Shown one piece after another: positions 1-9,081 of a stretch of DNA of 42,047 nt. The translations under genes and the position numbers were made by a program. The stretch covers positions 1-42,047 of the forward strand of contig JBKJLC010000093.1 in the NCBI GenBank assembly GCA_046597055.1, given 5' to 3'. This stretch comes from Kofleriaceae bacterium (GTDB lineage: Bacteria > Myxococcota_A > Polyangia > Haliangiales > Haliangiaceae). Position 1 is the first letter of the stretch, and each line of letters begins with the position of its first letter. The notes beneath the pieces are model-generated. The model was not told where the DNA came from and made no database searches. It saw nothing but the letters and a program-made list of their open reading frames with translations.

Positions 1-1
1 C

Positions 2-406
2 TACCGTGCGCTGCTCGTGGATGGCACGACCCGCATCGCGTCGGTCAGCCCGGATCGCGGAGACGGTCAGGTCGGGTGGGTCGTGCAGCCCTTCACGCGC
101 TACGTGAGCCTCGAGACCGGCCTGCTGGTCTTCATCACCGACCACACCCGGCTCCTGGGTGCCGCCGGCGGCGTGGGCGTGGACCTGTACAACCCCATCC
201 GCAGCGCGGACGACGGCTGGGGCACGTGGAACGGCGCCCGCCGCGACTGGACGTCCGGCCCCGATTGCAACAACTGGACGTCCAACTCGAGCGCCGACTC
301 GGCCCATGGCTGCAACGCGACCGCGACCGGGGTCGACGCGTTCCCGGACAACGGTGGCCTCAGCAACTGCGCGCAGCTGCGTCGCTTCTTCTGCATCCAG
401 CAGTAG
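2..406 (+). CDS. DUF1554 / endostatin-like (Len-type) domain protein, 5'-truncated by the window edge
   Basis: Frame is open from position 2: YRALLVDGTTRIASVSPDRGDGQVGWVVQP...CNNWTS...C..LRRFFCIQQ*. This matches my recollection of the DUF1554 pattern (YxAxxVDG..R.AS...GDGQ.DWV; C..WTS; terminal xxCxEQ). Confidence 0.65.
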   Translation, partial: YRALLVDGTTRIASVSPDRGDGQVGWVVQPFTRYVSLETGLLVFITDHTRLLGAAGGVGVDLYNPIRSADDGWGTWNGARRDWTSGPDCNNWTSNSSADSAHGCNATATGVDAFPDNGGLSNCAQLRRFFCIQQ

Positions 407-442
407 GACGACCGGTCGCGGCCGCGAGCGCCCGCGGTCTTC

Positions 443-958
443 TCAGTCGAGCTCGGCCGTCAGGTCCTTGGCCAGCTCGGCGAAGAACTCGTCGCTCAGG
501 AGGTAGTAGGCCCAGAGGGTCTCGACCGGCTTGACGCCGCGGCGCTGCTGCCACCCGACCAGATCGTCGAACTCGCCGTCGAACCAGCCCCACAGGTAGC
601 GGGCGCGGAAGACGTCGAGCTTGCGCGACTCGAGCTCGGCGACCACCTCGGGCATCTCGAGCTCGTCGAACTCCTCGATGAGGTCCTCGGCCTCGTCGAT
701 CACCTCGGCGAGGTAGGCGAGACCCTTCTTGGTCAGATCCCAGCGGCTCTTCTTGTTGTTGAGCACCACCAGGCCGGCCACGCCGAGCTCGATCAGGATC
801 TCGTCGAGCGGCGATTGATCCGACGGCAGCGGGACGGTGAACACCAGGCCGCCATCGGCGGGCTTGAGGTCCATCTTCTTGAGCAGGTACAGGCCTGCGT
901 AGGTGTGCTTCTCCTCATCGGAGAGCACCGGGTCGGAATGGACCACCAGCTCGGTCAT
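443..958 (-). CDS. Hypothetical acidic protein, possible winged-helix-like segment
   Basis: 171 aa, strong GC3 codon bias, GGAG RBS upstream. L..GLV......WDLTKKG resembles a wHTH wing/helix end. Confidence 0.8.
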   Translation of the reverse strand: MTELVVHSDPVLSDEEKHTYAGLYLLKKMDLKPADGGLVFTVPLPSDQSPLDEILIELGVAGLVVLNNKKSRWDLTKKGLAYLAEVIDEAEDLIEEFDELEMPEVVAELESRKLDVFRARYLWGWFDGEFDDLVGWQQRRGVKPVETLWAYYLLSDEFFAELAKDLTAELD

Positions 959-975
959 CGGACGCTCCGGTCAGG

Positions 976-1515
976 TCAGGGGGCCAGTACGACCGCGCGC
1001 TCGGCGCGGCGCCACTCGCCGGCGACCAGCCGCAGCCGATCGCCGTCGTGGGTCGAGAGATCGAGCCAGGCGTCGACGTTGCCGACGCCGTAGTGGACCG
1101 CCGCCGCGCCGGCGGCGGGCGGCGCCGCGACCCGCGCGCGATGGCGGTTGCACACCGCCAGCACCAGCGCCGGCGCCTCGGGCAGCCGCGGCAGCCAGCG
1201 GGCCAGGAACACCGATAGCAGCGCGGAGACCGAGGTGCCGCCGTCGAGCTCGAACTCGAGCTCGATGTCGTCGGGCAGGGCCTCGCCGTCGTCGGCGGAG
1301 TGCAGCCCGAGCACCAGGGCGTCGTCGACCCGGCGGGCACCGGTCGCGTCGGTGAGCCAGACCCGGTCGGCGCGCGCCCAGCCGAAGCCGGCGTAGTCGA
1401 CGTTGACCGTCTCGCGGTCGCCATCGAACCCGAGCAGCTCGGTGAGCGGCCGCTCGTGAAACGGCAGGTCCCCGATCGCGCGGACCGCGATCGGCGGACC
1501 CGCGAGCGGGCTCAC
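976..1515 (-). CDS. Hypothetical protein (179 aa)
   Basis: C-terminal half of ORF 976..2127 has normal globular composition. GTG at 1515 overlaps the TGA of the upstream gene (GTGA coupling). Confidence 0.75.
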   Translation of the reverse strand: MSPLAGPPIAVRAIGDLPFHERPLTELLGFDGDRETVNVDYAGFGWARADRVWLTDATGARRVDDALVLGLHSADDGEALPDDIELEFELDGGTSVSALLSVFLARWLPRLPEAPALVLAVCNRHRARVAAPPAAGAAAVHYGVGNVDAWLDLSTHDGDRLRLVAGEWRRAERAVVLAP

Positions 1516-2225
1516 GCCTCGAGCCGGAGCGGCCGCACCGTACGACCGGCGCGCCGCAGCCCGAAGCGACCGCCGCCGCGCGACCGACCCGGCGAGCTGC
1601 CGCGGGTCGGGCCGCCACCGTACTTGCGACCGGTCTGCGACGGCTTGCTGAACCGGCTCGGGTTGGCCGCGCGGTAGCCGGAGCGCTGCGAGCGCAGCTC
1701 CGAGTGCCGCTGCGGGTTGGTGGCGTACGGCTGCGAGTACATCGGCGCGTACCGCGGCATGAACATGTTCGACATCATCGAGCCGAGCATCATGCCGGTC
1801 ATGATGCTGAGCATGGGCGAGTGGTAGCCGGCGTAGGAGCCGTGGCCCTGCGTCTGCATCTGAGCCTGACCCTCGCCGGTCACGTTGCGAGAGATCGTGA
1901 AGACCTTCTCTTCCTCGGCGACCTGCCCGTCGGTGTTCTTGTCGAAGAAGCCGGTCACCACCTGCGACTTGTCGTCGAGATCCTGGACGTGGACGCTGAT
2001 GATCTCGTCGCCTTCGTAGATCTCGTTGATGCGCTTCTCGAGGTCGGCCGGGCCTTCCGCCTGCTTGTACGCCTCGTTGACCTTGTCCCAGTCGATGTTG
2101 ACGTTGGTGTTCTCGGTGGTGGCCCACCGATCGTTGCCCTTCTTCTCGTCGGCGCAGCCGACCGAGCCGCCGGCAAGGAGAACCGCGATGAGCGCAGACG
2201 ACAGGAACTTGGTACGCGTGATCAT
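1512..2225 (-). CDS. Lipoprotein with Met/Gly-rich helix and Arg/Ser/Gly-rich tail (YgiB/UPF0323-like architecture)
   Basis: Signal peptide ending SVGC; GMMLGSMMSNMF segment; basic tail ending RGGGRFG. Confidence 0.8.
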   Translation of the reverse strand: MITRTKFLSSALIAVLLAGGSVGCADEKKGNDRWATTENTNVNIDWDKVNEAYKQAEGPADLEKRINEIYEGDEIISVHVQDLDDKSQVVTGFFDKNTDGQVAEEEKVFTISRNVTGEGQAQMQTQGHGSYAGYHSPMLSIMTGMMLGSMMSNMFMPRYAPMYSQPYATNPQRHSELRSQRSGYRAANPSRFSKPSQTGRKYGGGPTRGSSPGRSRGGGRFGLRRAGRTVRPLRLEA

Positions 2226-2252
2226 GATGGCCTCGACGGAGAACCTACCGTG

Positions 2253-3611
2253 TTATCGGGAAATTTCAACGTCGACCGGGGCCGGGTTGGTGAGGGCAGC
2301 GGTGGCGGCGGTTGCCGCGAGGTGCCGGCGGATGCGGTCGGCGAGCAGCTCGAGCCGGTCCTGGCCCCAGGTTGCGTGGTCGCCGGCCTTCCAGGCGGGC
2401 ACGCCCCACATGCCGGCGGCGTCCAGGTCGTTGGCGTTGTCGGTCGCCCAGACCCGCCAGCTCTCGTCGGCCAGCGCGGCGCGGGCCTCGCCCCAGTCGA
2501 GGCCGGCGCGCTCGACCACCTCGCGCAGATCCACGTAGTTGGCGAGATCCTTGGCCTCGGCCCAGGCGCCGCGCGCCGCCGATGCGAGGAACTCCATGCC
2601 CCGGCCCCGCTCGATCGCGAGCTTGCTGATCGCGAGCGCGTGCTCGACGCCCTTCCCGAGCGGGTCACAGATGTTGCCGAACGGGATGCCGAGCCGGTCG
2701 GCCTCGCGCTTGGCGTCGCGCACGATGTACATGCGCTTCTCGGCCGGCAGCGGCAGGCCGCGCGCGACCATCGGCATGATCGGCCGGATCCGCAGGTCGA
2801 TCGGGTAGGTGCGCGCCAGCTCGGCGGTGCGCCCGAGCGCCAGGTACGAATACGGCGACCGGAACGAGAACCAGAAGTCGACGATCACCGGGCCCTTCGC
2901 GGCGCCCAGGGTCTCGGCCGGGCGCTCGGCCTCGGGCCGGCGGGTGAGCACCGGCGCCTTCGGGGTCACCCCGGTGTCCTCGGCCAGGCGCGCCTCGAGG
3001 TAGCCCATGCGATCGACGCCCCAGTACCACTCGCCGCCGTAGCCGAACATCGCGCCCTGGTAGTGGCCCGCGCGCCGCAGGTTGGAGTACGCGGCGGCCA
3101 GGTAGGGCGCGACCTGGCCCGACGACTCGTTGCCCTCCTTGCCCATGAGGAGGACCAGCTCCTTCTGATCGTTGGACCACAGCGCGCGACCGAGCTGGAC
3201 CGCCAGCCGGAGCTGCTCGCGATCGGGGCGCGGGCGCAGCAGGATCTGGGCGGCCTTGCTGAGCGCCTTGGGCTCGAGCGGCTTCTTGCCGGGGAAGTCG
3301 AGGTCCCAGTGCGCGGCGAGGTCCATGGCGTCGCGGATCGCGTACTGGGCCCGCAGCACCGGCGCCGGGTCGACGTCGCCCGCGGGCCGACCGATCAGGT
3401 GGAAGCGAACCTCGACCGGGTAGGCCTTGGCGAGCCGCACCGCGACCTGAGCGGCGAGGTAGCTCCATGGATCGGTCAGGTCGAAGTAGAAGTCGATCGC
3501 CCGGTCGCTGCGGGTGACGCGGCGGCGCAGCTCGGCGGCGGCCTGGCGGGCCCGGTCGGCGTTGAGGAACGCGCCGATCGCGGCGCCCTTGAGTCGGGAG
3601 ACGAGGGTCAT
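2253..3611 (-). CDS. Tandem-domain DsbA / 2-hydroxychromene-2-carboxylate isomerase (kappa-GST) family protein
   Basis: Two thioredoxin-like repeats, IDFYFDLTDPWSYL...WGVDR and VDFWFSFRSPYSYL...GVP...WGQDR. ATG at 3611 overlaps the acylase stop (ATGA). Confidence 0.85.
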   Translation of the reverse strand: MTLVSRLKGAAIGAFLNADRARQAAAELRRRVTRSDRAIDFYFDLTDPWSYLAAQVAVRLAKAYPVEVRFHLIGRPAGDVDPAPVLRAQYAIRDAMDLAAHWDLDFPGKKPLEPKALSKAAQILLRPRPDREQLRLAVQLGRALWSNDQKELVLLMGKEGNESSGQVAPYLAAAYSNLRRAGHYQGAMFGYGGEWYWGVDRMGYLEARLAEDTGVTPKAPVLTRRPEAERPAETLGAAKGPVIVDFWFSFRSPYSYLALGRTAELARTYPIDLRIRPIMPMVARGLPLPAEKRMYIVRDAKREADRLGIPFGNICDPLGKGVEHALAISKLAIERGRGMEFLASAARGAWAEAKDLANYVDLREVVERAGLDWGEARAALADESWRVWATDNANDLDAAGMWGVPAWKAGDHATWGQDRLELLADRIRRHLAATAATAALTNPAPVDVEISR

Positions 3612-5953
3612 GGGGAAACGAGCTCCTGGACGCGGTACGCGGGGTCGGCGACGATCTCGGCCTCGGTCAGTAGCACAGGGCGCAGCTGGCCGCGGGCGAA
3701 GCCTTCGAGCTGGTCGCGATAGTGGGGCGAGGCGGGGTCGCTGGAGTTGCCGTAGGTGAGCAGGGCGCGGGCGCGGGCCCCGGCCGGCGTCAGCTCGGCG
3801 GCGAGCACGAAGCTCGAGCCGTAGTTCACCGGATAGCCATCGGCGGTGAGCCCCGACGGTGACACCGGTGATGAGCGGCGTTCGCGCGGCAGGGTCGTGA
3901 AGTTGAAGTCGCGCCAGCTGACGACGTTGGCGACCCCGTCGAGCTCGTCGCCGCCGGCGACCGGGATGCGCGCCCCACCCCGCGGCGCGTACTGGGCCGC
4001 GCCCAGCGCGCCGTCGGCCGGCATCGCGCGCGGCAGGCGTGCGGCCGCGGCGACGATCGCCCGCCCGATCTCCTCGGGCGTGCGATCGAGCCCGTCGGGG
4101 GTCAGCTGCGGGGCCTGGCGGTCGAACCCGCGCTTCCACGGCACGCTGCCGTCGCGTGCGAGCTCGGTGATCAGCTCGCGCCACAGGGTGGCGCCGCGTG
4201 AGTCGGGCGCGAACCGGCCGTCCCAGCGCGCGAGGACCGCGCACGGGCTCTTCGGCCGGATCGGGGCGCACGCGGCCAGCACCTCGTCGCGCAGCCGTTC
4301 CCAGGTGAACGAGCGGTTCGACAGTAGCGCCGCCGCGGCCTCGTCGAGCGTCGCGGTGCGATCGCTGCCCCACGCCAGGTCGTCGGGGCGCAGCAGGGCG
4401 AGGTTGGCCAGGGTGCGCGGGCTCGGCCGCTCGGCATCGTCGCCCCACAGCGGCGACCGCGGCGCGGCGGCCCCCGGGTCGGCGAGGTGGGTGAAGCGGT
4501 AGCTGTCGTTGGCGTTCATCACGACGTCGCGGCGCAGGATGCGCGGCACCTCGCCGAACGGGACCGCGCCCGGCGCCCGCGGATCGTCGGTGACCAGATC
4601 GAACAGCGGGTTGGAGCCGTCGAGCACGACCAGCCCGCGGCGCCACGCCGCCTCGACCGCGGGCACCAGCGTGCGGGCCAGGCTCCAGCCGCCGACCGCG
4701 GCCTCGGTCAGCGCCGGCACCCGCGAGCCGTCGACGTACAGCGCGTCACCCCCGGCGTCGGCATAGACCGTGTTGACGAACGGCGTGCGGTGGCCGGTGA
4801 GCGCACGCTCGAACTCGGCGCGCGAGCGGGCCCGCGCCATCCCCAGGTATTGATCGAGCGAGAACGGGCCGCTGGCCGCCACGTCCTGGACGGTGAACGC
4901 GAACCCGCCCGGGCCGTCCCACGCGGTGGCCGCGGTCGCCAGCATCGGCCCGACCGCGCTGCGGTAGAGCGTGCGGGTCTCGGCGCCCAGGGTGCCGTCC
5001 GGCTTCCGGACATCCACCGTGTGGCGGACCGGGATGATCGGCAGCAGCTGGTCGCCGTGGCGGTAGCGGAGCGCGCTGCTCGCGTCGAGCGCGAGCCGGT
5101 AGACGACCATGTGGGTCGACGCCGAGTAGGTGTGGCTCCACGCGTGCCGGGGCGTGACGCCCATCAGCACGCCGGGGATGCCGATCAGGGTGACGCCATA
5201 GACGTCGAGATCGCCGGGGATGGTCAGGTGGATCTCGTGGAGCTGCAGGTCGCCTTCCCACGGAAAATGCGGGTTCGCGACCAGGATCCCGCCGCCCGAG
5301 GTCGTGCGCTCGCCGCCCAGCGCCCACGCGTTCGAGGCCAGCCCGCGGGGCCGGGCCGGCAGCGCGCCGGTGGCGCTGCCGGGCGCGGCGGTGGCGATCG
5401 CGTCCTCGAGGAAGCGGGTCGACGCCAGCGCCTGGGTCGACAAGCTGTGGGCGGCCACGTCCTCCCCGCGGATCGGCTGGACCCACGCGGCGTCCTTGCA
5501 CGCGGCCGGTCGGGTCGCCGGCGGGTGGTCGGCGAGCCAGCGGTTGTAGCCGGCCGCGAAGCCGTCGAGCAGGGCCCGGCTGTCGGACGACATCGCCGCC
5601 CAGTCGGCGCGGGCGCGGCCCAGGAAGTCGAGGTGCCGGTTGGCCAGATCGCTGCGCAGGTGGACCTCGCCGTCGCCGGCGCCGAGCCAGCGGGCCCGCT
5701 CGCCGCGGACCCGCACGATCACGTCCGCGATCGTGCACACGTGACCCTCGGCCATCGCGTAGCCCTGGCCGAAGCCGAGGCCGCCGACGTCCTTGGCGAC
5801 CACGTGCGCCACGCCGTGCGAGGTCCAGCGGATCGTCGCCCGCAGCGGCGGCGCCGCCACCGCGGCGGCCGGCGCCGGTGGCCGCGGTGGGCTCGCGGGT
5901 GGGCCACCGCACGCGGGGATGAGGGCGACCAGCGCCAGGAGCAGCTTGCGCAT
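3608..5953 (-). CDS. Ntn-hydrolase acylase (penicillin amidase / PvdQ-like AHL acylase), lipoprotein signal
   Basis: IRWTSHGVAHV, GFGQGYA, catalytic SNAWALG, ANPHFPW, LLTYGNS.DP.SPHY.DQ; N-terminus MRKLLLALVALIPAC. Confidence 0.9.
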   Translation of the reverse strand: MRKLLLALVALIPACGGPPASPPRPPAPAAAVAAPPLRATIRWTSHGVAHVVAKDVGGLGFGQGYAMAEGHVCTIADVIVRVRGERARWLGAGDGEVHLRSDLANRHLDFLGRARADWAAMSSDSRALLDGFAAGYNRWLADHPPATRPAACKDAAWVQPIRGEDVAAHSLSTQALASTRFLEDAIATAAPGSATGALPARPRGLASNAWALGGERTTSGGGILVANPHFPWEGDLQLHEIHLTIPGDLDVYGVTLIGIPGVLMGVTPRHAWSHTYSASTHMVVYRLALDASSALRYRHGDQLLPIIPVRHTVDVRKPDGTLGAETRTLYRSAVGPMLATAATAWDGPGGFAFTVQDVAASGPFSLDQYLGMARARSRAEFERALTGHRTPFVNTVYADAGGDALYVDGSRVPALTEAAVGGWSLARTLVPAVEAAWRRGLVVLDGSNPLFDLVTDDPRAPGAVPFGEVPRILRRDVVMNANDSYRFTHLADPGAAAPRSPLWGDDAERPSPRTLANLALLRPDDLAWGSDRTATLDEAAAALLSNRSFTWERLRDEVLAACAPIRPKSPCAVLARWDGRFAPDSRGATLWRELITELARDGSVPWKRGFDRQAPQLTPDGLDRTPEEIGRAIVAAAARLPRAMPADGALGAAQYAPRGGARIPVAGGDELDGVANVVSWRDFNFTTLPRERRSSPVSPSGLTADGYPVNYGSSFVLAAELTPAGARARALLTYGNSSDPASPHYRDQLEGFARGQLRPVLLTEAEIVADPAYRVQELVSP

Positions 5954-6062
5954 GAGGCGCGCAATATACGCGCCCCGCGGCCGCGCTCGTCGCGGGCAGG
6001 CCGGGCCCGACGCCGATGTCACCGCTTGATCGCGGCCTCGCCGTGGTAAGTACCGCGCCGCC

Positions 6063-7739
6063 ATGTCCGACGAGAAGTCCGATCCGTCCGAGCTGGAGGC
6101 GGTGCGCGCGCGCGCCAACGAGGCGGCGGCGCTGATCGAGGCCCTGGTCGAGGCGCCGCACCGGATGGCCGACCTCGACGACGACACCCGGCGCCGGCTG
6201 GTGGTCGCGGCCGGACAGCTGTCGCGGCCCGACCGCTACGTACGCAAGGCGGTCCGCAGGGGGCTGAACCGGCGGGCCGCGCGCGAGGAAAAGGCGGCGG
6301 ACACCGCGCTGCTCGACGGCACCGGGATCCGCGCGCTGCGGCGGCTGCCGATCTTTCCGATGGGCGCGGTCCCCGAGCTGCCCGGGCCGGAGGAGATCGA
6401 CCAGGTCGACGGCGACGGTGACGGCGGGGAGGACGCGTGGACCGCCGCCGAGGCGCGCCGCGATCTCGAGGACGGGGCCACCGGGGCCGAGCCGGTCGGG
6501 ACCGACGACGACGCCACCGCCACGGTCGACGACGCGACCGCGCGCGTGCGCAAGGCCCGCAACTGCTACGTCTGCAAGCGCGACTTCCGCGACCTGCACG
6601 CGTTCTACGACGCGATGTGCCCGGCCTGCGCCGAGCTCAACTACCGCAAGCGCAACCAGACCGCGGATCTGCGCGGGCGGGTCGCGCTGGTCACCGGCGC
6701 GCGGGTCAAGATCGGGGCGCAGATCGCGCTCAAGCTGCTGCGCGCGGGCGCCGAGACCCTCATCCTGACCCGGTTCCCGGTCGACGCCGCCCGCCGGCTC
6801 GCCGCCGAGCCCGACGCCGAGGAGCTGTGCGCGCGGGCCCACGTGTTCGGCTGCGACCTGCGCCACACGCCGTCGGTCGAGGCGCTGTGCGCGCACCTGA
6901 ACACGACGCTCACGCGGCTCGACGTGCTGGTGAACAACGCGTGCCAGACCGTGCGTCGGCCCAGCGGCTTCTACGATCACCTGATGCAGCTGGAGACCGC
7001 GCCGTGGCTGACGCTCGGGGCCCGCGAGCGTCAGGTGCTGGCGCGCTGGTGGGAGCTGCGCGGCGAGGGCGGCGGCAATCCGTCGGCGCTGCCAGCCGGC
7101 GACGGCCTGGTCCCGGCCCGCGGCGCGCCCGGCCTGTGGAAGAGCGCGGTGCTGTCGCAGATCCCGTTGCTCGCGGAGGACCTCGACCGCGGCAATCACC
7201 TGTACCCCACGGGGCGGCTCGACGCCGATCTGCAGCAGGTCGACCTGCGCGACTTCAACTCGTGGCGGATGACGCTCGCCGAGGTGCCGACCGCCGAGCT
7301 GCTCGAGGTCCACCTGGTCAACGCGGTCGCGCCGTTCGTGCTGAACGCCAAGCTCAAGCCGCTGCTGGCCGCGGTGCCGACCCGCGACACCCACGTCGTC
7401 AACGTGTCGGCGATGGAGGGCCAGTTCTACCGGCGCTTCAAGACCGAGAAGCACCCGCACACCAACATGGCCAAGGCCGCGCTCAACATGCTGACCCGCA
7501 CCGCCGCCGCCGACTACGTGCGCGCCGGCATCCACATGAACGCCGTCGACACCGGCTGGGTCACCGACGAGGATCCGGCCTCGATCGCCGCCCGCAAGGT
7601 CGCGGTCCACGGCTTCCACCCGCCGCTCGACATCGTCGACGGCGCGGCCCGCGTGCTCGACCCGGTGTTCGCCGGTCACCTCACCGGGCGCCACGTGTGG
7701 GGCATGTTCCTGAAGGACTACGCGCCCACGCCCTGGTGA
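6063..7739 (+). CDS. Atypical SDR oxidoreductase with N-terminal CxxC...CxxC zinc finger
   Basis: RNCYVCK...MCPAC, ALVTGARVKIG, LVNNACQT, VNVSAMEG, HPHTNMAKAALNM, NAVDTGWV. Confidence 0.9.
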   Translation: MSDEKSDPSELEAVRARANEAAALIEALVEAPHRMADLDDDTRRRLVVAAGQLSRPDRYVRKAVRRGLNRRAAREEKAADTALLDGTGIRALRRLPIFPMGAVPELPGPEEIDQVDGDGDGGEDAWTAAEARRDLEDGATGAEPVGTDDDATATVDDATARVRKARNCYVCKRDFRDLHAFYDAMCPACAELNYRKRNQTADLRGRVALVTGARVKIGAQIALKLLRAGAETLILTRFPVDAARRLAAEPDAEELCARAHVFGCDLRHTPSVEALCAHLNTTLTRLDVLVNNACQTVRRPSGFYDHLMQLETAPWLTLGARERQVLARWWELRGEGGGNPSALPAGDGLVPARGAPGLWKSAVLSQIPLLAEDLDRGNHLYPTGRLDADLQQVDLRDFNSWRMTLAEVPTAELLEVHLVNAVAPFVLNAKLKPLLAAVPTRDTHVVNVSAMEGQFYRRFKTEKHPHTNMAKAALNMLTRTAAADYVRAGIHMNAVDTGWVTDEDPASIAARKVAVHGFHPPLDIVDGAARVLDPVFAGHLTGRHVWGMFLKDYAPTPW

Positions 7740-7870
7740 CACCCCTGCAACGCCTTCGGCGTGGTCTCGACGATCCGCCGCACCTCGCCGCGGGTCGCTG
7801 CGTTGGCCACTCCTCGATCCACGCGGGAGCACCGCAGTGGTCGGGCGCCGCTTACCGGTCATAGTGCCGG

Positions 7871-8182
7871 ATGGCGAAGATCATCTACTGGCGGCGGGAG
7901 CTACCTCCACTGAGCGAGCAACTCGAGGGCGAGCACGAGATCACCGCCGAGAGCGATCGCGTGCACGTGTCGTGGGCGGATCGCGACACGCTCTGGACGC
8001 GCTGCTACGAGAACCTCATGACTCACGCCCGCGAGCGCATGACCCAGGAGGTCGCGCGGTTCGGCGGGAGCTGCGCCCACGTCCTCCAGGAGTCGATCAC
8101 CACCGGCCACGATCCCACCACCGACGAGTTCTGGCTGGCCGGCAAGTTCCAGTACCTCGCGTACGTTCACCCCGCGGCCTGA
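7871..8182 (+). CDS. Hypothetical protein (103 aa)
   Basis: Good codon bias and globular composition; CATAGT 5 nt upstream of the ATG. Confidence 0.7.
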   Translation: MAKIIYWRRELPPLSEQLEGEHEITAESDRVHVSWADRDTLWTRCYENLMTHARERMTQEVARFGGSCAHVLQESITTGHDPTTDEFWLAGKFQYLAYVHPAA

Positions 8183-8223
8183 AGGGGAGCCACGCACCGA
8201 ACCGAGGCGCGACGGCGCCTGGT

Positions 8224-8958
8224 TCACTCGCGGACCCGAGGACGTGGCGCGAGGTCACGGCGACCGAAGCGGAAGGGGATGGTGAGGCCGGCGACGGTGA
8301 CGAGCGCGCCCATCGCGGTCTGCAGCGGACCGCCGGTCGGCGAGGTGATGAGGATGTCGAGGGTGCCGTGGAGGAGCGCGACCACGAGGACGCTGCCACC
8401 GCTCGCGTTGAAGACGAAGGTCAGCAGGAAGGCGCCGGCGAGGATCGAGACGGCCCACCCGAGCACCTCGGCAGGCCCCATCGCCGACATGCCAGCGGAG
8501 CACGCGAAGAGCGGCAGGTGCCAGATCGCCAGCCGAGCGCGAGGTACAGCGTCGCGCGGGTCGCGGTCCGGTCGGTCTGCAGGCGCGGCAGGGCATATCC
8601 CCGCCAGCCGATCTCCTCACCGAAGCCGTAGCAGATGATGTTGGCGAGGGCGTACGAGCCGACGCCGAGCGCCGGGAAGTCGGTGCTACGGCCGGTCGCC
8701 GACAGGTCGACGTCGGATCCGACCAGCATGAGGACGGCCGCGGCGTGGCGGCGCCGCGATCGTGCGGCGGATGATGCGCGCGAGGGCCTCGCGGCCGCGG
8801 CGCGCCGCGCAGAGCAGGCCGGCGGCGGCGGGCCCAAGGCCGCCGAGCAGGTGCAGGTACGGCGAGTACGTCGCGTCGGTCCAGCCGAGTGCGGACGCGG
8901 TCAACGGCGCCCAGGCCAGCCAGGACAGCGCGCAGGCGAGAACGAAGAACGGAACCAT
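8224..8958 (-). pseudogene. CPBP (Abi/CAAX) intramembrane metalloprotease, broken over three frames
   Basis: MVPFFVLACALSWLAW... then a frame change near 8745; GEEIGWRGYALPRLQ... then a frame change at 8529-8531; AIWHLPLF...SVLVVALLHG. Confidence 0.85.
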
Positions 8959-9021
8959 GGGACGAGCGGAGCATGCCGTGCCGCTCGCACGGACGGCGTG
9001 CGACGTACGCGCGTGAGCGAC

Positions 9022-9051
9022 GGTACACGGGCTTACCCGACTCTTACACGG
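9022..9051. promoter_or_regulatory. Putative OmpR-family tandem direct-repeat operator
   Basis: TACAC (9024), TACCC (9034), TACAC (9045); CTTAC at 9032 and 9043 (11-bp period). Lies between the divergent CPBP and response regulator genes. Confidence 0.45.
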
Positions 9052-9081
9052 CGGCCGACCGCCAGTGGCACACTCGACCGG

